DNA from: an uncultured Gammaproteobacteria bacterium
Lineage (GTDB): Bacteria; Patescibacteriota; Patescibacteriia; UBA1558; GWA2-36-10
Length of the DNA stretch: 46,731 nt
Reading direction: 5' to 3'
Assembly: GCA_964424615.1 (NCBI GenBank)
Contig: CAYRIU010000020.1
Span: 1-46,731 of the forward strand
Positions 9,396 to 17,949 of the stretch are shown here, in pieces. Both the position numbers and the translations under genes were made by a program. The first letter of the stretch is position 1. Each line of letters starts with the position of its first letter. Under the pieces are notes generated by a model. It did not search any database. It worked only from the letters and a program-made list of their open reading frames with translations, and had not been told where the DNA came from.

Positions 9396-11008
9396 TGCCA
9401 AAATACATGATTTCTTCGCGATCAAAATCTATACTTGCCTTAATAAGTTCAGCCGTTTTGGGTGCTGTAGCCTTTTTTATTATTTATCCAGCTTTATTAA
9501 ATTTTAGCTATGATGCCTGGCTTTGGACAGCTGGACCAGATCAGATTCAATATTATACCGGCTGGTTGATGTATCGCCAGGCAGATTGGTCTTGGCCACT
9601 AGGTATGATTTCTAATTACGCCTATCCTACTGGTATATCTATTAGCTATACTGATTCCATACCTCTTTTGGCTATATTTTTTAAGATATTTGCTCATTGG
9701 TTGCCAGCTGTTTGGCAGTACACTGGTATATGGATTTTGTCTTGTTTTATTTTGCAAGGTATTTTTGCTTATTTATTGCTTGAAAATTTTTTTAAAAATA
9801 AAATTTTATCTTTGATCGGTAGTATATTTTTTATCTTGAGTCCCAGTATGCTTTTTCGAATGGGTGGTCATTTTGCTCTAGCTGGGCATTGGTTGATACT
9901 GGCTGCTTGGTGGATTTTCTTTTCTCAAAAAAAATTATCTTGGTCAGCTTGGCTGATATTGACAGGCCTAGCTTTATTGATTCACCCATATTTATTATTG
10001 ATGGTATTTTTTATAGCTTTTCTAAAGTCTTTGGATTTACTTTTTATCAAAAAAATAATAAGTTTCAAAAAATTTATTTTATTTCTTGTAACGCTCAGCA
10101 TCTATCTATTATTATTGGCTTACGCTTTGGGTTTATTCAATATTCAAGCTAGTGCAGCTCCGGGTTATGGTGATTTTTCCATGAATCTAAATGCCTTGTT
10201 CAACCCTATGACTTGGTCAGGTCTATTAGCCGATAGGTCTATTATTTTTTATCAAGCCGAAGGTTTTAACTATTTGGGTCTAGGTATTATCCTACTTTTA
10301 TTATTTATATTACCAGTAGCCATTAAAGAAAAAAATAAATTGTTATACCTAAAAAATCATTGGCTATTAATATTATTTTGCTTCTTTTTAACTATATTGG
10401 CCATTAGTCATATCGTAACTTGGGATGATCAGGTGTTATTTAAAATCAATTGGCCAAGATACATTATCGATAATATATTTGGCATATTTAGATCATCTGG
10501 TAGATTTTTTTGGCCAGTGTATTATTTAATTATTTTAAGTGCAATTTTAGCCGTTAAAAAATTAAAATTAAATAAAGCATTTTTTATTTTATTAATAGCT
10601 TTATTAATTCAGGTTTATGATTTGAGTGATAAATTACTAGAACGTAGTAGAGAATATCAAAATAAAGTATATTTGAATCCAAATAATGAAACAATTTCAC
10701 AACTTTTACCAAAATATAAGCACTTATCTTTCTTACCAGTAATTAATCACAAATATTTCCCTTATTTTGTGCTAGAGGCTACAAAAAATCATCTGAGTGT
10801 CAATGATGGCTATTTTGCACGAGAGCCAAGAGCAATGGAGGTCAATAAAAATAAAGAGATAGAATTAGTAAAAAATAATTTAATCAACAAAGATACTGTT
10901 TATATAATTTCTAGAGATTTAGATATTTTTTTAGATAAAATAAATAAAGAAGAAAATTTAGTAATCAATTTTGATAATAGTATCATTATTTTTCCAAATC
11001 GTAGGTAA
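9395..11008 (+). CDS. Polytopic membrane protein of the glycan cluster, GT-C-like/DUF6311-like (family call tentative)
   Basis: Many TM helices. The N-terminal loop is DAWLWTAGPDQIQYYTGWLMYRQADWSWPLG...YPTGISISYTDSIPLLA. The ATG at 9395 overlaps the upstream stop as TAATG; the ORF track's alternative GTG start is at 9374. Confidence 0.6.
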   Translation: MPKYMISSRSKSILALISSAVLGAVAFFIIYPALLNFSYDAWLWTAGPDQIQYYTGWLMYRQADWSWPLGMISNYAYPTGISISYTDSIPLLAIFFKIFAHWLPAVWQYTGIWILSCFILQGIFAYLLLENFFKNKILSLIGSIFFILSPSMLFRMGGHFALAGHWLILAAWWIFFSQKKLSWSAWLILTGLALLIHPYLLLMVFFIAFLKSLDLLFIKKIISFKKFILFLVTLSIYLLLLAYALGLFNIQASAAPGYGDFSMNLNALFNPMTWSGLLADRSIIFYQAEGFNYLGLGIILLLLFILPVAIKEKNKLLYLKNHWLLILFCFFLTILAISHIVTWDDQVLFKINWPRYIIDNIFGIFRSSGRFFWPVYYLIILSAILAVKKLKLNKAFFILLIALLIQVYDLSDKLLERSREYQNKVYLNPNNETISQLLPKYKHLSFLPVINHKYFPYFVLEATKNHLSVNDGYFAREPRAMEVNKNKEIELVKNNLINKDTVYIISRDLDIFLDKINKEENLVINFDNSIIIFPNRR

Positions 11009-11036
11009 TTATGCATTTGGTGTTTTGATACATTTT

Positions 11037-11056
11037 TGTTATAATATATCAATATG
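11037..11056 (+). promoter_or_regulatory. Extended -10 promoter with leaderless-type spacing to the ATG
   Basis: TGtTATAAT (11037-11045) is followed 8 nt later by the ATG at 11054. No Shine-Dalgarno sequence is present. Confidence 0.5.
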
Positions 11057-13540
11057 GAATCGGATCAAAACCGATCAACAAATACTGAAATAGAAGAAAC
11101 AAAAATCAAGCAAGAAATTTTAGCTGAGCTTGATAGTTTTTTGTTAGACGGTGAGCAAGAATCTCAAATCACAAAACCAGAGATTGATGTGGCTCGCACC
11201 AAAGCTCTACAAGAATTGGATCGCTTGATCAAGCAGGATTTGAGTGCTAGTGAGATATTGACTCGTCTAAAATCACGTACAGAGCAAAAACCCACAGAAG
11301 AATTACCAAAAATGAGCAATTTTTATTCTTCTATACATGTGGTAGATTTGCGCCATGATTATCAAGAAGTAGCCAAAAAGAAACCTGGCTTTTTTGCTCA
11401 ATTATTGGATAAAAATCATAAAAAAAAGGAAAAAGACCTCCATCATGAAGAAGTGCTAGTAGAGCCAGTAGAAAAAACCATAGACCCAATACCATCAGAT
11501 TCATTACCTCAGGTAGAGCCAGCGCAAGAAATAGCAGAGCCAGAGGAGGTGGTATCTCCTGCATATAATTATCGTTTAGCTTTTAGAAATACAGCTGTCA
11601 CAGCTTTGATAGCTTTGGTGGTGTTATTACCAATCCAGGGTATTATATTTGCTGGTAAATTTCAGTCTGACAAAGATAAGCTGCTCAACTATGGTCAAAG
11701 TGGTTTTTTGTCTTTCAAGTCTGGAGTGATCAAGGCCTCATCCAATAGCTATCAAGCAGCCGATGTTGACTTTACCAACGCTCTAGTAGATTTTGATAAT
11801 GCTAAAAAGATATTGAATAAATATGACGCTAGCTTTTTGAGTATTGGTGATAAATTGCCAGTGATCGGCAACACCTTAAAAAGTGGTGAAAATATTTTGA
11901 GTATTAGCACCAGCTTGTCTGAGGCAGCCAAAATCATCAACCAAAAAAGAGAACAGTCTATCAATATGACTGACTATATAGTCATACTCAATCAGCAATT
12001 GGATGCGCTCTTGCCACTGCTGGAAGATACTAATCGTAGATTGGACAAAATAGTCGGTGTCTCCGACAGTCTGCGTTTGGAGCTAGACAATTTCAAAAAA
12101 GATTTAGAACCGCTTTTAGCAAATTTGCACCAACTCAAAACCATCACTACAACATTAGAAGATTTATTAGGTAGCAATCAAGAACAGCGTTATTTATTAC
12201 TTTTTCAAAACAACAATGAATTGAGACCTACTGGTGGATTCATCGGTAGCTATGCCTTGATTGATGTCAACAAGGGTCAGATAGTGTCCATGGAAATACC
12301 AAAAGGTGGCACTTATGATTTGACTGCTGGTCAGAAAAAATCTTGGCGCTCACCTTCGGCCCTAGCCATAGTAAATCTCACTTTCAATATCTGGGATGCC
12401 AATTGGTGGCCAGATTTTCCTAGCTCTGCTAAAAAAATAGCTAAGTTGTTTGCAGAAAGTAGTGGCTCTTCAGTAGATGGTGTGATAGCTATCAACGCTA
12501 CAGTTTTACAAAAACTATTGGCTATTACTGGGCCTTTGTATTTAGAAAATTATAATGTAGAAATTAATTCACAAAATGTTATCGATGTTTTGCAAAATGA
12601 AATAGAAGGCAAGCGCAATGAAGCTAATCCCAAGACTATCATTTCTGATTTAGCTCCTCAGATTTTAGAAAAAATATTTAATACCACTGATAAAACTGAA
12701 GACATGTTCAGTTTGTTGGCTCAGATATTGCAAAATAAAGATTTGCAGATATATTCTACTGATCAATCTATAGATAAAAAAATCAGTGCCTTGGGTTGGC
12801 GTGGAGAGATGATGGACACTGATCGTGATTATCTTTGGGTGGTTGGTTCAAATATCGCCGGTGGTAAGACCGATTTGTATGTCAATCAGTTTGTAGAGCA
12901 CCAAGCACAAATAGCAGAAAATGGAGAGATTGTAGATACAGTCAAGATTACTAGGTCAAATGACGGAGATATCAACAATCCTTTGGCTGGCTTGGATGGA
13001 GCCAATGTGTCTTATTTGCGATTTTTTGTACCCAATGGTAGCCAATTGATCTCGGCTAGTGGTTTTGATACCATACCAGAGCAATACTTTCCAGACAATA
13101 CATCTTATGATATTGATCCTGATCTTTTAAAAGAGGAGAGCAAGTTGATTGATAAAGATTCAAAAACGGAGATTTTCTCTAGTCTGAATAGAACAGTATT
13201 TGCTAACTGGCAGATGCTCAAACCCGGAGAAACAAAGACAGTAACTATTACTTATAAATTGCCTTTTGTTTTGGATCTGGGTAACGGCTTGATCAATGAC
13301 TGGAAAAAACTATTTTTAGCTAGTAGTCGTCATTTTGATCATTATAGTCTGCTAGTGCAGTCACAAAGTGGTCAGAGCAAAACTATTTTTGATTCAAGTA
13401 TTGTTTTCCCTAGCAATTCCAAGATTATCTGGGAGACAGCTAATAATGAAAACAGCGTGCAAGTCCAAAACAATGAAGTCCATTTTAATCAGAACTTAGA
13501 TCATGATCAGTATTTTGGTGTAGTCACGACTAATCAGTAA
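11054..13540 (+). CDS. DUF4012 domain-containing envelope protein
   Basis: An acidic/coiled N-terminus is followed by one TM helix (VTALIALVVLLPIQGIIFAG). The core LLLFQNNNELRPTGGFIGSYALIDVNKGQI...AINATVLQKLL matches my memory of DUF4012. Confidence 0.7.
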   Translation: MESDQNRSTNTEIEETKIKQEILAELDSFLLDGEQESQITKPEIDVARTKALQELDRLIKQDLSASEILTRLKSRTEQKPTEELPKMSNFYSSIHVVDLRHDYQEVAKKKPGFFAQLLDKNHKKKEKDLHHEEVLVEPVEKTIDPIPSDSLPQVEPAQEIAEPEEVVSPAYNYRLAFRNTAVTALIALVVLLPIQGIIFAGKFQSDKDKLLNYGQSGFLSFKSGVIKASSNSYQAADVDFTNALVDFDNAKKILNKYDASFLSIGDKLPVIGNTLKSGENILSISTSLSEAAKIINQKREQSINMTDYIVILNQQLDALLPLLEDTNRRLDKIVGVSDSLRLELDNFKKDLEPLLANLHQLKTITTTLEDLLGSNQEQRYLLLFQNNNELRPTGGFIGSYALIDVNKGQIVSMEIPKGGTYDLTAGQKKSWRSPSALAIVNLTFNIWDANWWPDFPSSAKKIAKLFAESSGSSVDGVIAINATVLQKLLAITGPLYLENYNVEINSQNVIDVLQNEIEGKRNEANPKTIISDLAPQILEKIFNTTDKTEDMFSLLAQILQNKDLQIYSTDQSIDKKISALGWRGEMMDTDRDYLWVVGSNIAGGKTDLYVNQFVEHQAQIAENGEIVDTVKITRSNDGDINNPLAGLDGANVSYLRFFVPNGSQLISASGFDTIPEQYFPDNTSYDIDPDLLKEESKLIDKDSKTEIFSSLNRTVFANWQMLKPGETKTVTITYKLPFVLDLGNGLINDWKKLFLASSRHFDHYSLLVQSQSGQSKTIFDSSIVFPSNSKIIWETANNENSVQVQNNEVHFNQNLDHDQYFGVVTTNQ

Positions 13541-13541
13541 T

Positions 13542-15128
13542 ATGATAAAAAAAGTTTGGCACAAGCTAAATAATTCAGTGGCCGGTGGAGCGGTGATTAT
13601 CGCTTTTTTTTCTTTGTTAGCCAAAATTTTAGGCTTAGTGCGAGAGCGTTTGATCGCTGTCAATTTTGGAGCCAGCGCCATATCGGATATTTATTATGCT
13701 TCTTTTCGTTTGCCAGACATGATTTTCAATACCCTAGTTTTGGGTGCTTTGACTTCAGCTTTTATACCTATTTTTCAAAAAACTTGGCACAAAGATAAAA
13801 ATCATGGATTAGTACTAGCTAATTCAGTTATTAATTTTTTTGTTATTATCGTCAGTATTTTGGTAGTTGTGGCTATTATATTTGCTGGCCCGATGACTAG
13901 ATTGATCACTCCTGGTTTTGATGATTGGCAGATGTCGCAAACTATTTTGTTATCTAGGATAATGTTGTTAGCAACATTGTTTTTTGTTTTTTCCAATGTT
14001 TTGGGAGGAGTATTAAATGCCTGGAAAAAGTTTTTTAGTTTTTCTTTGGCTGCCTCTTTTTATAATATTGGTATTATCGTAGGTATAGTTTTTATCTACC
14101 CCTATGTTGGCTTGAGCGGTTTGGCTTGGGGAGTAGTTTTGGGGGCCATGTTGCATTTGTTCGTGCAATTACCAGAGGCCATGCGCTATGGTTTTCGTTA
14201 TAGACTGCATTTGGTATTTGATGACAATTTGAAAAAAATATTACGCTTGATGGTGCCTCGTACTTTGGGCTTGGCTGCTGGGCAGTTCAATCTAGTCTTA
14301 GTGACTATGATGGCCTCACACTTGAGTAGTGGTAGTATCGCTGTTTTCAATCTAGCCAACAACATGCAAAGCTTACCCATATCACTTTTTGCTGTGTCTT
14401 TGGCTATTGCTGTTTTTCCTACTTTTTCACAAGCAGTTTTGGAAAAAAATCACACCTTATTTGCTACTCATCTTTCACAAAATGTGCGTCGTTTGTTATT
14501 TTTACTTTTACCAATATCAGTATTGATAGTAGTTTTGAGAGCTCAAGTGGTGAGGGTACTTTTGGGTTCTGGTAATTTTACTTGGGAGAATACATATGAC
14601 ACAGCCCAAACTTTGGGTTGGTTTGCTGTGTCTATTTTTGCTCAAGGTTTGATACCGCTGCTAGCTAGATCATTTTATGCTTTGGGTGACACCAAGACGC
14701 CTACTTATGTGGCTTTTGTATCTATCTTGATCAATATCGCCTCAGCTTTTTATTTGTCTAGTATTTTTGGTGTGCAGGGCTTAGCCATGGCTTTTTCAAT
14801 CAGTAGCATCATTAATATGCTACTACTTTATTTGATACTTTATGCCAAAGTAGAATTCATGGATAACAATAAAATATTTGTAGTTTTATTGATAGTGACA
14901 TTGAATTCTTTGGTGGCTGGTTTTGTGGCTAATAGAGTTTTGCATTTTATCGCGCCATTTTTGAATACTCACACTTTTATGGGTATATTTATGCAGGGCC
15001 TGATAGCTGGTGTTTGTGGCTTGATTATTTATCTAATATTGAGTATATTGTTTAAACTCGAAGAAGTGAGTATAGTAAAGAATAAGTTATTACAGAGCTG
15101 GCATCTCATAAAAAATGGAAAAAATTAG
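13542..15128 (+). CDS. murJ: Lipid II flippase MurJ (MviN)
   Basis: The N-terminal signature is AGGAVIIAFFSLLAKILGLVRERLIAVNFGAS..DIYYASFRLPDMIFN. About 14 TM helices and ~528 aa. Confidence 0.9.
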   Translation: MIKKVWHKLNNSVAGGAVIIAFFSLLAKILGLVRERLIAVNFGASAISDIYYASFRLPDMIFNTLVLGALTSAFIPIFQKTWHKDKNHGLVLANSVINFFVIIVSILVVVAIIFAGPMTRLITPGFDDWQMSQTILLSRIMLLATLFFVFSNVLGGVLNAWKKFFSFSLAASFYNIGIIVGIVFIYPYVGLSGLAWGVVLGAMLHLFVQLPEAMRYGFRYRLHLVFDDNLKKILRLMVPRTLGLAAGQFNLVLVTMMASHLSSGSIAVFNLANNMQSLPISLFAVSLAIAVFPTFSQAVLEKNHTLFATHLSQNVRRLLFLLLPISVLIVVLRAQVVRVLLGSGNFTWENTYDTAQTLGWFAVSIFAQGLIPLLARSFYALGDTKTPTYVAFVSILINIASAFYLSSIFGVQGLAMAFSISSIINMLLLYLILYAKVEFMDNNKIFVVLLIVTLNSLVAGFVANRVLHFIAPFLNTHTFMGIFMQGLIAGVCGLIIYLILSILFKLEEVSIVKNKLLQSWHLIKNGKN

Positions 15129-16887
15129 GAATTTTTGTATTATTGCTCATATTGATCACGGTAAGTCCACCTTGGCTGACCGTATGTTAGAGGTGACCAA
15201 AACCGTCGAAGATCGCAAGATGAAAAATCAGATATTGGATCAGATGGATTTGGAGCGTGAAAGAGGTATTACTATAAAATTACAACCAGCTCGTATGGAT
15301 TGGAAGGGTTATGAGCTGAATTTGATCGATACCCCAGGACATGTAGATTTTACCTATGAAGTGTCTCGTTCGCTAGCTGCTGTAGAAGGAGCTATATTGC
15401 TTATTGATGCTAGCCAGGGAGTAGAAGCTCAGACTTTAGCTAATCTTTATCTAGCTTTGGATCAAGATTTGGTGATCATACCAGTCATAAATAAAATAGA
15501 TCTACCAGCTGCTGACGTACCAGCTACCAAAAAGGAAATTATGAACTTGCTGGGTTGTGCTGAAAGCGATATTTTATTGACCTCGGCCAAGACTGGTCAA
15601 AATATCGGCGATATATTGGATGCCATCATAGAGAGAGTTCCTAGTCCCAAAAATACTGACACTGACTCCTTGCAGGCATTGATTTTTGATTCTGTTTATG
15701 ATGAATTTCGTGGTGTAGTTATTTTTGTGAGGATATTTGCCGGTCAAGTCAAAAAAGGTGACAAAATAAAATTTGCTTTTACTGCAGAGGAGACAGAGGT
15801 TTTGGAAGTAGGTTTTTTCAAGCCTCAGTGGACCAAAGCTGATACTTTGAGCAACGGTGAGATTGGTTATATTATCACTGGCGTCAAAAATCTAGACAAA
15901 GCCAAAGTAGGCGACACTATCATTTTGAAAAATAGTAATACTCAGGCTTTAGCCGGATACAAAAGTATCAAGCCGATGGTTTATGCTGGTATTTTCCCTC
16001 AAGAAGGTAGTGAATATCAAAAATTACGTGATGCTATATTGAAGCTCAAGCTCAATGATGCTAGTTTAGTTTTTGAGCCCGCTAGTTCTCAGGCTTTGGG
16101 CTTTGGTTTTCGTTGTGGCTTCTTAGGTTTACTACATCTAGAAATATTTCAGGAAAGATTGCGTCGAGAATTCAATCTCCACCTGATAGTCACTACACCT
16201 ACAGTAGCCTATAAGATAAAATTACGTAATGGTGAGCAATTTGTATTGACCACACCATCAGAAATGCCTGATCCTAGTGCTATAGAGTTTATAGAGGAGC
16301 CTTATATGAATATTGAGGTCGTGACTCCTACCCAATACATTGGTAATTTGATGTCCTATATTACTGAGGTCGGTGGTTTGCCAACTAGCAATGAGTATAT
16401 AGATGAGCAGCGTTTGATTTTGCGCTACCAGATCCCATTGAGTAGTATTTTGGTAGATTTTTATGACAAAATCAAAAGCTCTTCAGCTGGCTATGCTTCT
16501 TTGAATTATGATTTTTCTGATTATAGAAAATGTGATTTAGTAAAAATGGAAATATTGGTAGCCGAAGAAGTGGTGGAGGCTTTGACTAGCTTGGTGTATA
16601 GAGATAGTGCTCACAGAGTCGGCAAAAATATAGTCAATAAGCTCAAAGATATGATTCCTCGCCAGCAGTTTGTGGTCAAAATACAAGCAGTGATTGGTGG
16701 TAAGGTGGTAGCCGGAGACAAGATTTCGGCTCTCAGAAAAGATGTCACAGCCAAGCTATATGGCGGAGATGTGACTAGAAAACGTAAACTTCTAGAAAAA
16801 CAGAAAAAAGGTAAAAAAAGAATGGCCCAATCAGGCAAAGTAGAAATACCCCAAGAAGCCTATTTAGCTGTTTTGAAGCGTGATTAG
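15115..16887 (+). CDS. lepA: Translation elongation factor 4 (LepA)
   Basis: IRNFCIIAHIDHGKSTLADRMLE, DTPGHVDF and NKIDL G motifs. The LepA-specific C-terminus is ...AKLYGGDVTRKRKLLEKQKKGKKRM. Confidence 0.95.
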   Translation: MEKIRNFCIIAHIDHGKSTLADRMLEVTKTVEDRKMKNQILDQMDLERERGITIKLQPARMDWKGYELNLIDTPGHVDFTYEVSRSLAAVEGAILLIDASQGVEAQTLANLYLALDQDLVIIPVINKIDLPAADVPATKKEIMNLLGCAESDILLTSAKTGQNIGDILDAIIERVPSPKNTDTDSLQALIFDSVYDEFRGVVIFVRIFAGQVKKGDKIKFAFTAEETEVLEVGFFKPQWTKADTLSNGEIGYIITGVKNLDKAKVGDTIILKNSNTQALAGYKSIKPMVYAGIFPQEGSEYQKLRDAILKLKLNDASLVFEPASSQALGFGFRCGFLGLLHLEIFQERLRREFNLHLIVTTPTVAYKIKLRNGEQFVLTTPSEMPDPSAIEFIEEPYMNIEVVTPTQYIGNLMSYITEVGGLPTSNEYIDEQRLILRYQIPLSSILVDFYDKIKSSSAGYASLNYDFSDYRKCDLVKMEILVAEEVVEALTSLVYRDSAHRVGKNIVNKLKDMIPRQQFVVKIQAVIGGKVVAGDKISALRKDVTAKLYGGDVTRKRKLLEKQKKGKKRMAQSGKVEIPQEAYLAVLKRD

Positions 16888-16967
16888 CTCCAAGTCCAAG
16901 CAATCATAGAAAATATCATAAAAATTGCTAGGATTATCCAGATAATTTTTTGAGTTTTCTTTTTCAT
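16884..16967 (-). CDS. Candidate 27-aa single-TM peptide (MKKKTQKIIWIILAIFMIFSMIAWTWS)
   Basis: Hand translation of the minus strand in the otherwise empty lepA-downstream gap gives an ATG at 16967 and a TAA ending at 16884. The peptide has a Lys-rich N-terminus and a hydrophobic helix. No SD and no clear promoter. It is below the ORF-track length cutoff. Confidence 0.3.
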   Translation of the reverse strand: MKKKTQKIIWIILAIFMIFSMIAWTWS

Positions 16968-16999
16968 GGTTTTATGATTTATGGCTAAACACTTAAGTT

Positions 17000-17470
17000 A
17001 TGGAAACTACAAATAAGTTTAGCAAATTTTTTCCAAATGATGAAGTGCGTTTGGTGATACTCAGTAGAGATGGTAAATATTTTTATTTTTGGCATTTATT
17101 TGTCATTGTTGTTATTTTTTTCTTTTTGTTTCCACTGTGGCATTTGGGTCATTATGGTGTATTACTTTGGTTGACCTTGTTTGTGATTAGTTTAGTATTT
17201 TTTGCTAATTATTTGCTGAGACGCAATACTGTGTACATAGTGACCAAACACAAAATTTGGCATGTTTTTTTTATCAATGATCATAATATCAAGCTCCGAG
17301 GGGCTATCAATATTGACGATATAGACAATATTCACTATCAAGACAATGATTTGACCATCACTACAGATGGCTCAGTCTACTATCTCAAAAATATACGCAA
17401 TGTCCAGCAAGTCTATAATTTATTGAAAAAAGAAGACTTATCTAAAAATGAAAAATCTGGTATAATATAA
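17000..17470 (+). CDS. Small membrane protein with a bacterial PH (YdbS/YdbT-like, bPH_2) domain
   Basis: Two TM helices (FVIVVIFFFLFPLW, VLLWLTLFVISLVFFANYLL) are followed by RRNTVYIVTKHKIW...INIDDIDNIHYQDNDLTITTDGSVYYL, the pattern of membrane-anchored bPH domains. Confidence 0.55.
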   Translation: METTNKFSKFFPNDEVRLVILSRDGKYFYFWHLFVIVVIFFFLFPLWHLGHYGVLLWLTLFVISLVFFANYLLRRNTVYIVTKHKIWHVFFINDHNIKLRGAINIDDIDNIHYQDNDLTITTDGSVYYLKNIRNVQQVYNLLKKEDLSKNEKSGII

Positions 17471-17473
17471 AGC

Positions 17474-17947
17474 ATGAACGGCTATATTCGGCCAGAAATC
17501 CAAGAACCAAAAATAGAAAGCGCTGACAACGCTACTTTTGATAATTCTTTTGAGCAAGCAAACGAGAAAAAAGTTGTCAGAGTCTCTGAAGCTAGTCATG
17601 TGATACCCAGTCTGGATGCTGGCGTCAGTGGTCAATCAGCGGTTGATCAGTCAAATATTTCTGGTCAGCAAATTATTTTAGAAAAAGTTGAACAAATATT
17701 AGCCCAGGATATGGATAATATTTTTTTATCTTTGGATATAGCACAACAGGCGGTTTTCAAAAGACGCGGTGAAGAAACCTCTCGTCAGATTGCCAAATTA
17801 TTAAACAAAGGCACTGTGCCATTACAAAAAATAGTAAATTTGATTATTTCTTGGTTGCGTATTATACCGCATATCAATAAATTTTACCTAGAACAAGAAG
17901 CCAAAATCAAGGCTGACAAGATTATGAGTTTGCATATCAATAAATAA
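17474..17947 (+). CDS. Hypothetical protein (157 aa)
   Basis: The ORF is tightly packed (3-nt gaps) between the bPH gene and the ATPase gene. No motif recognised. Confidence 0.6.
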   Translation: MNGYIRPEIQEPKIESADNATFDNSFEQANEKKVVRVSEASHVIPSLDAGVSGQSAVDQSNISGQQIILEKVEQILAQDMDNIFLSLDIAQQAVFKRRGEETSRQIAKLLNKGTVPLQKIVNLIISWLRIIPHINKFYLEQEAKIKADKIMSLHINK

Positions 17948-17949
17948 AT

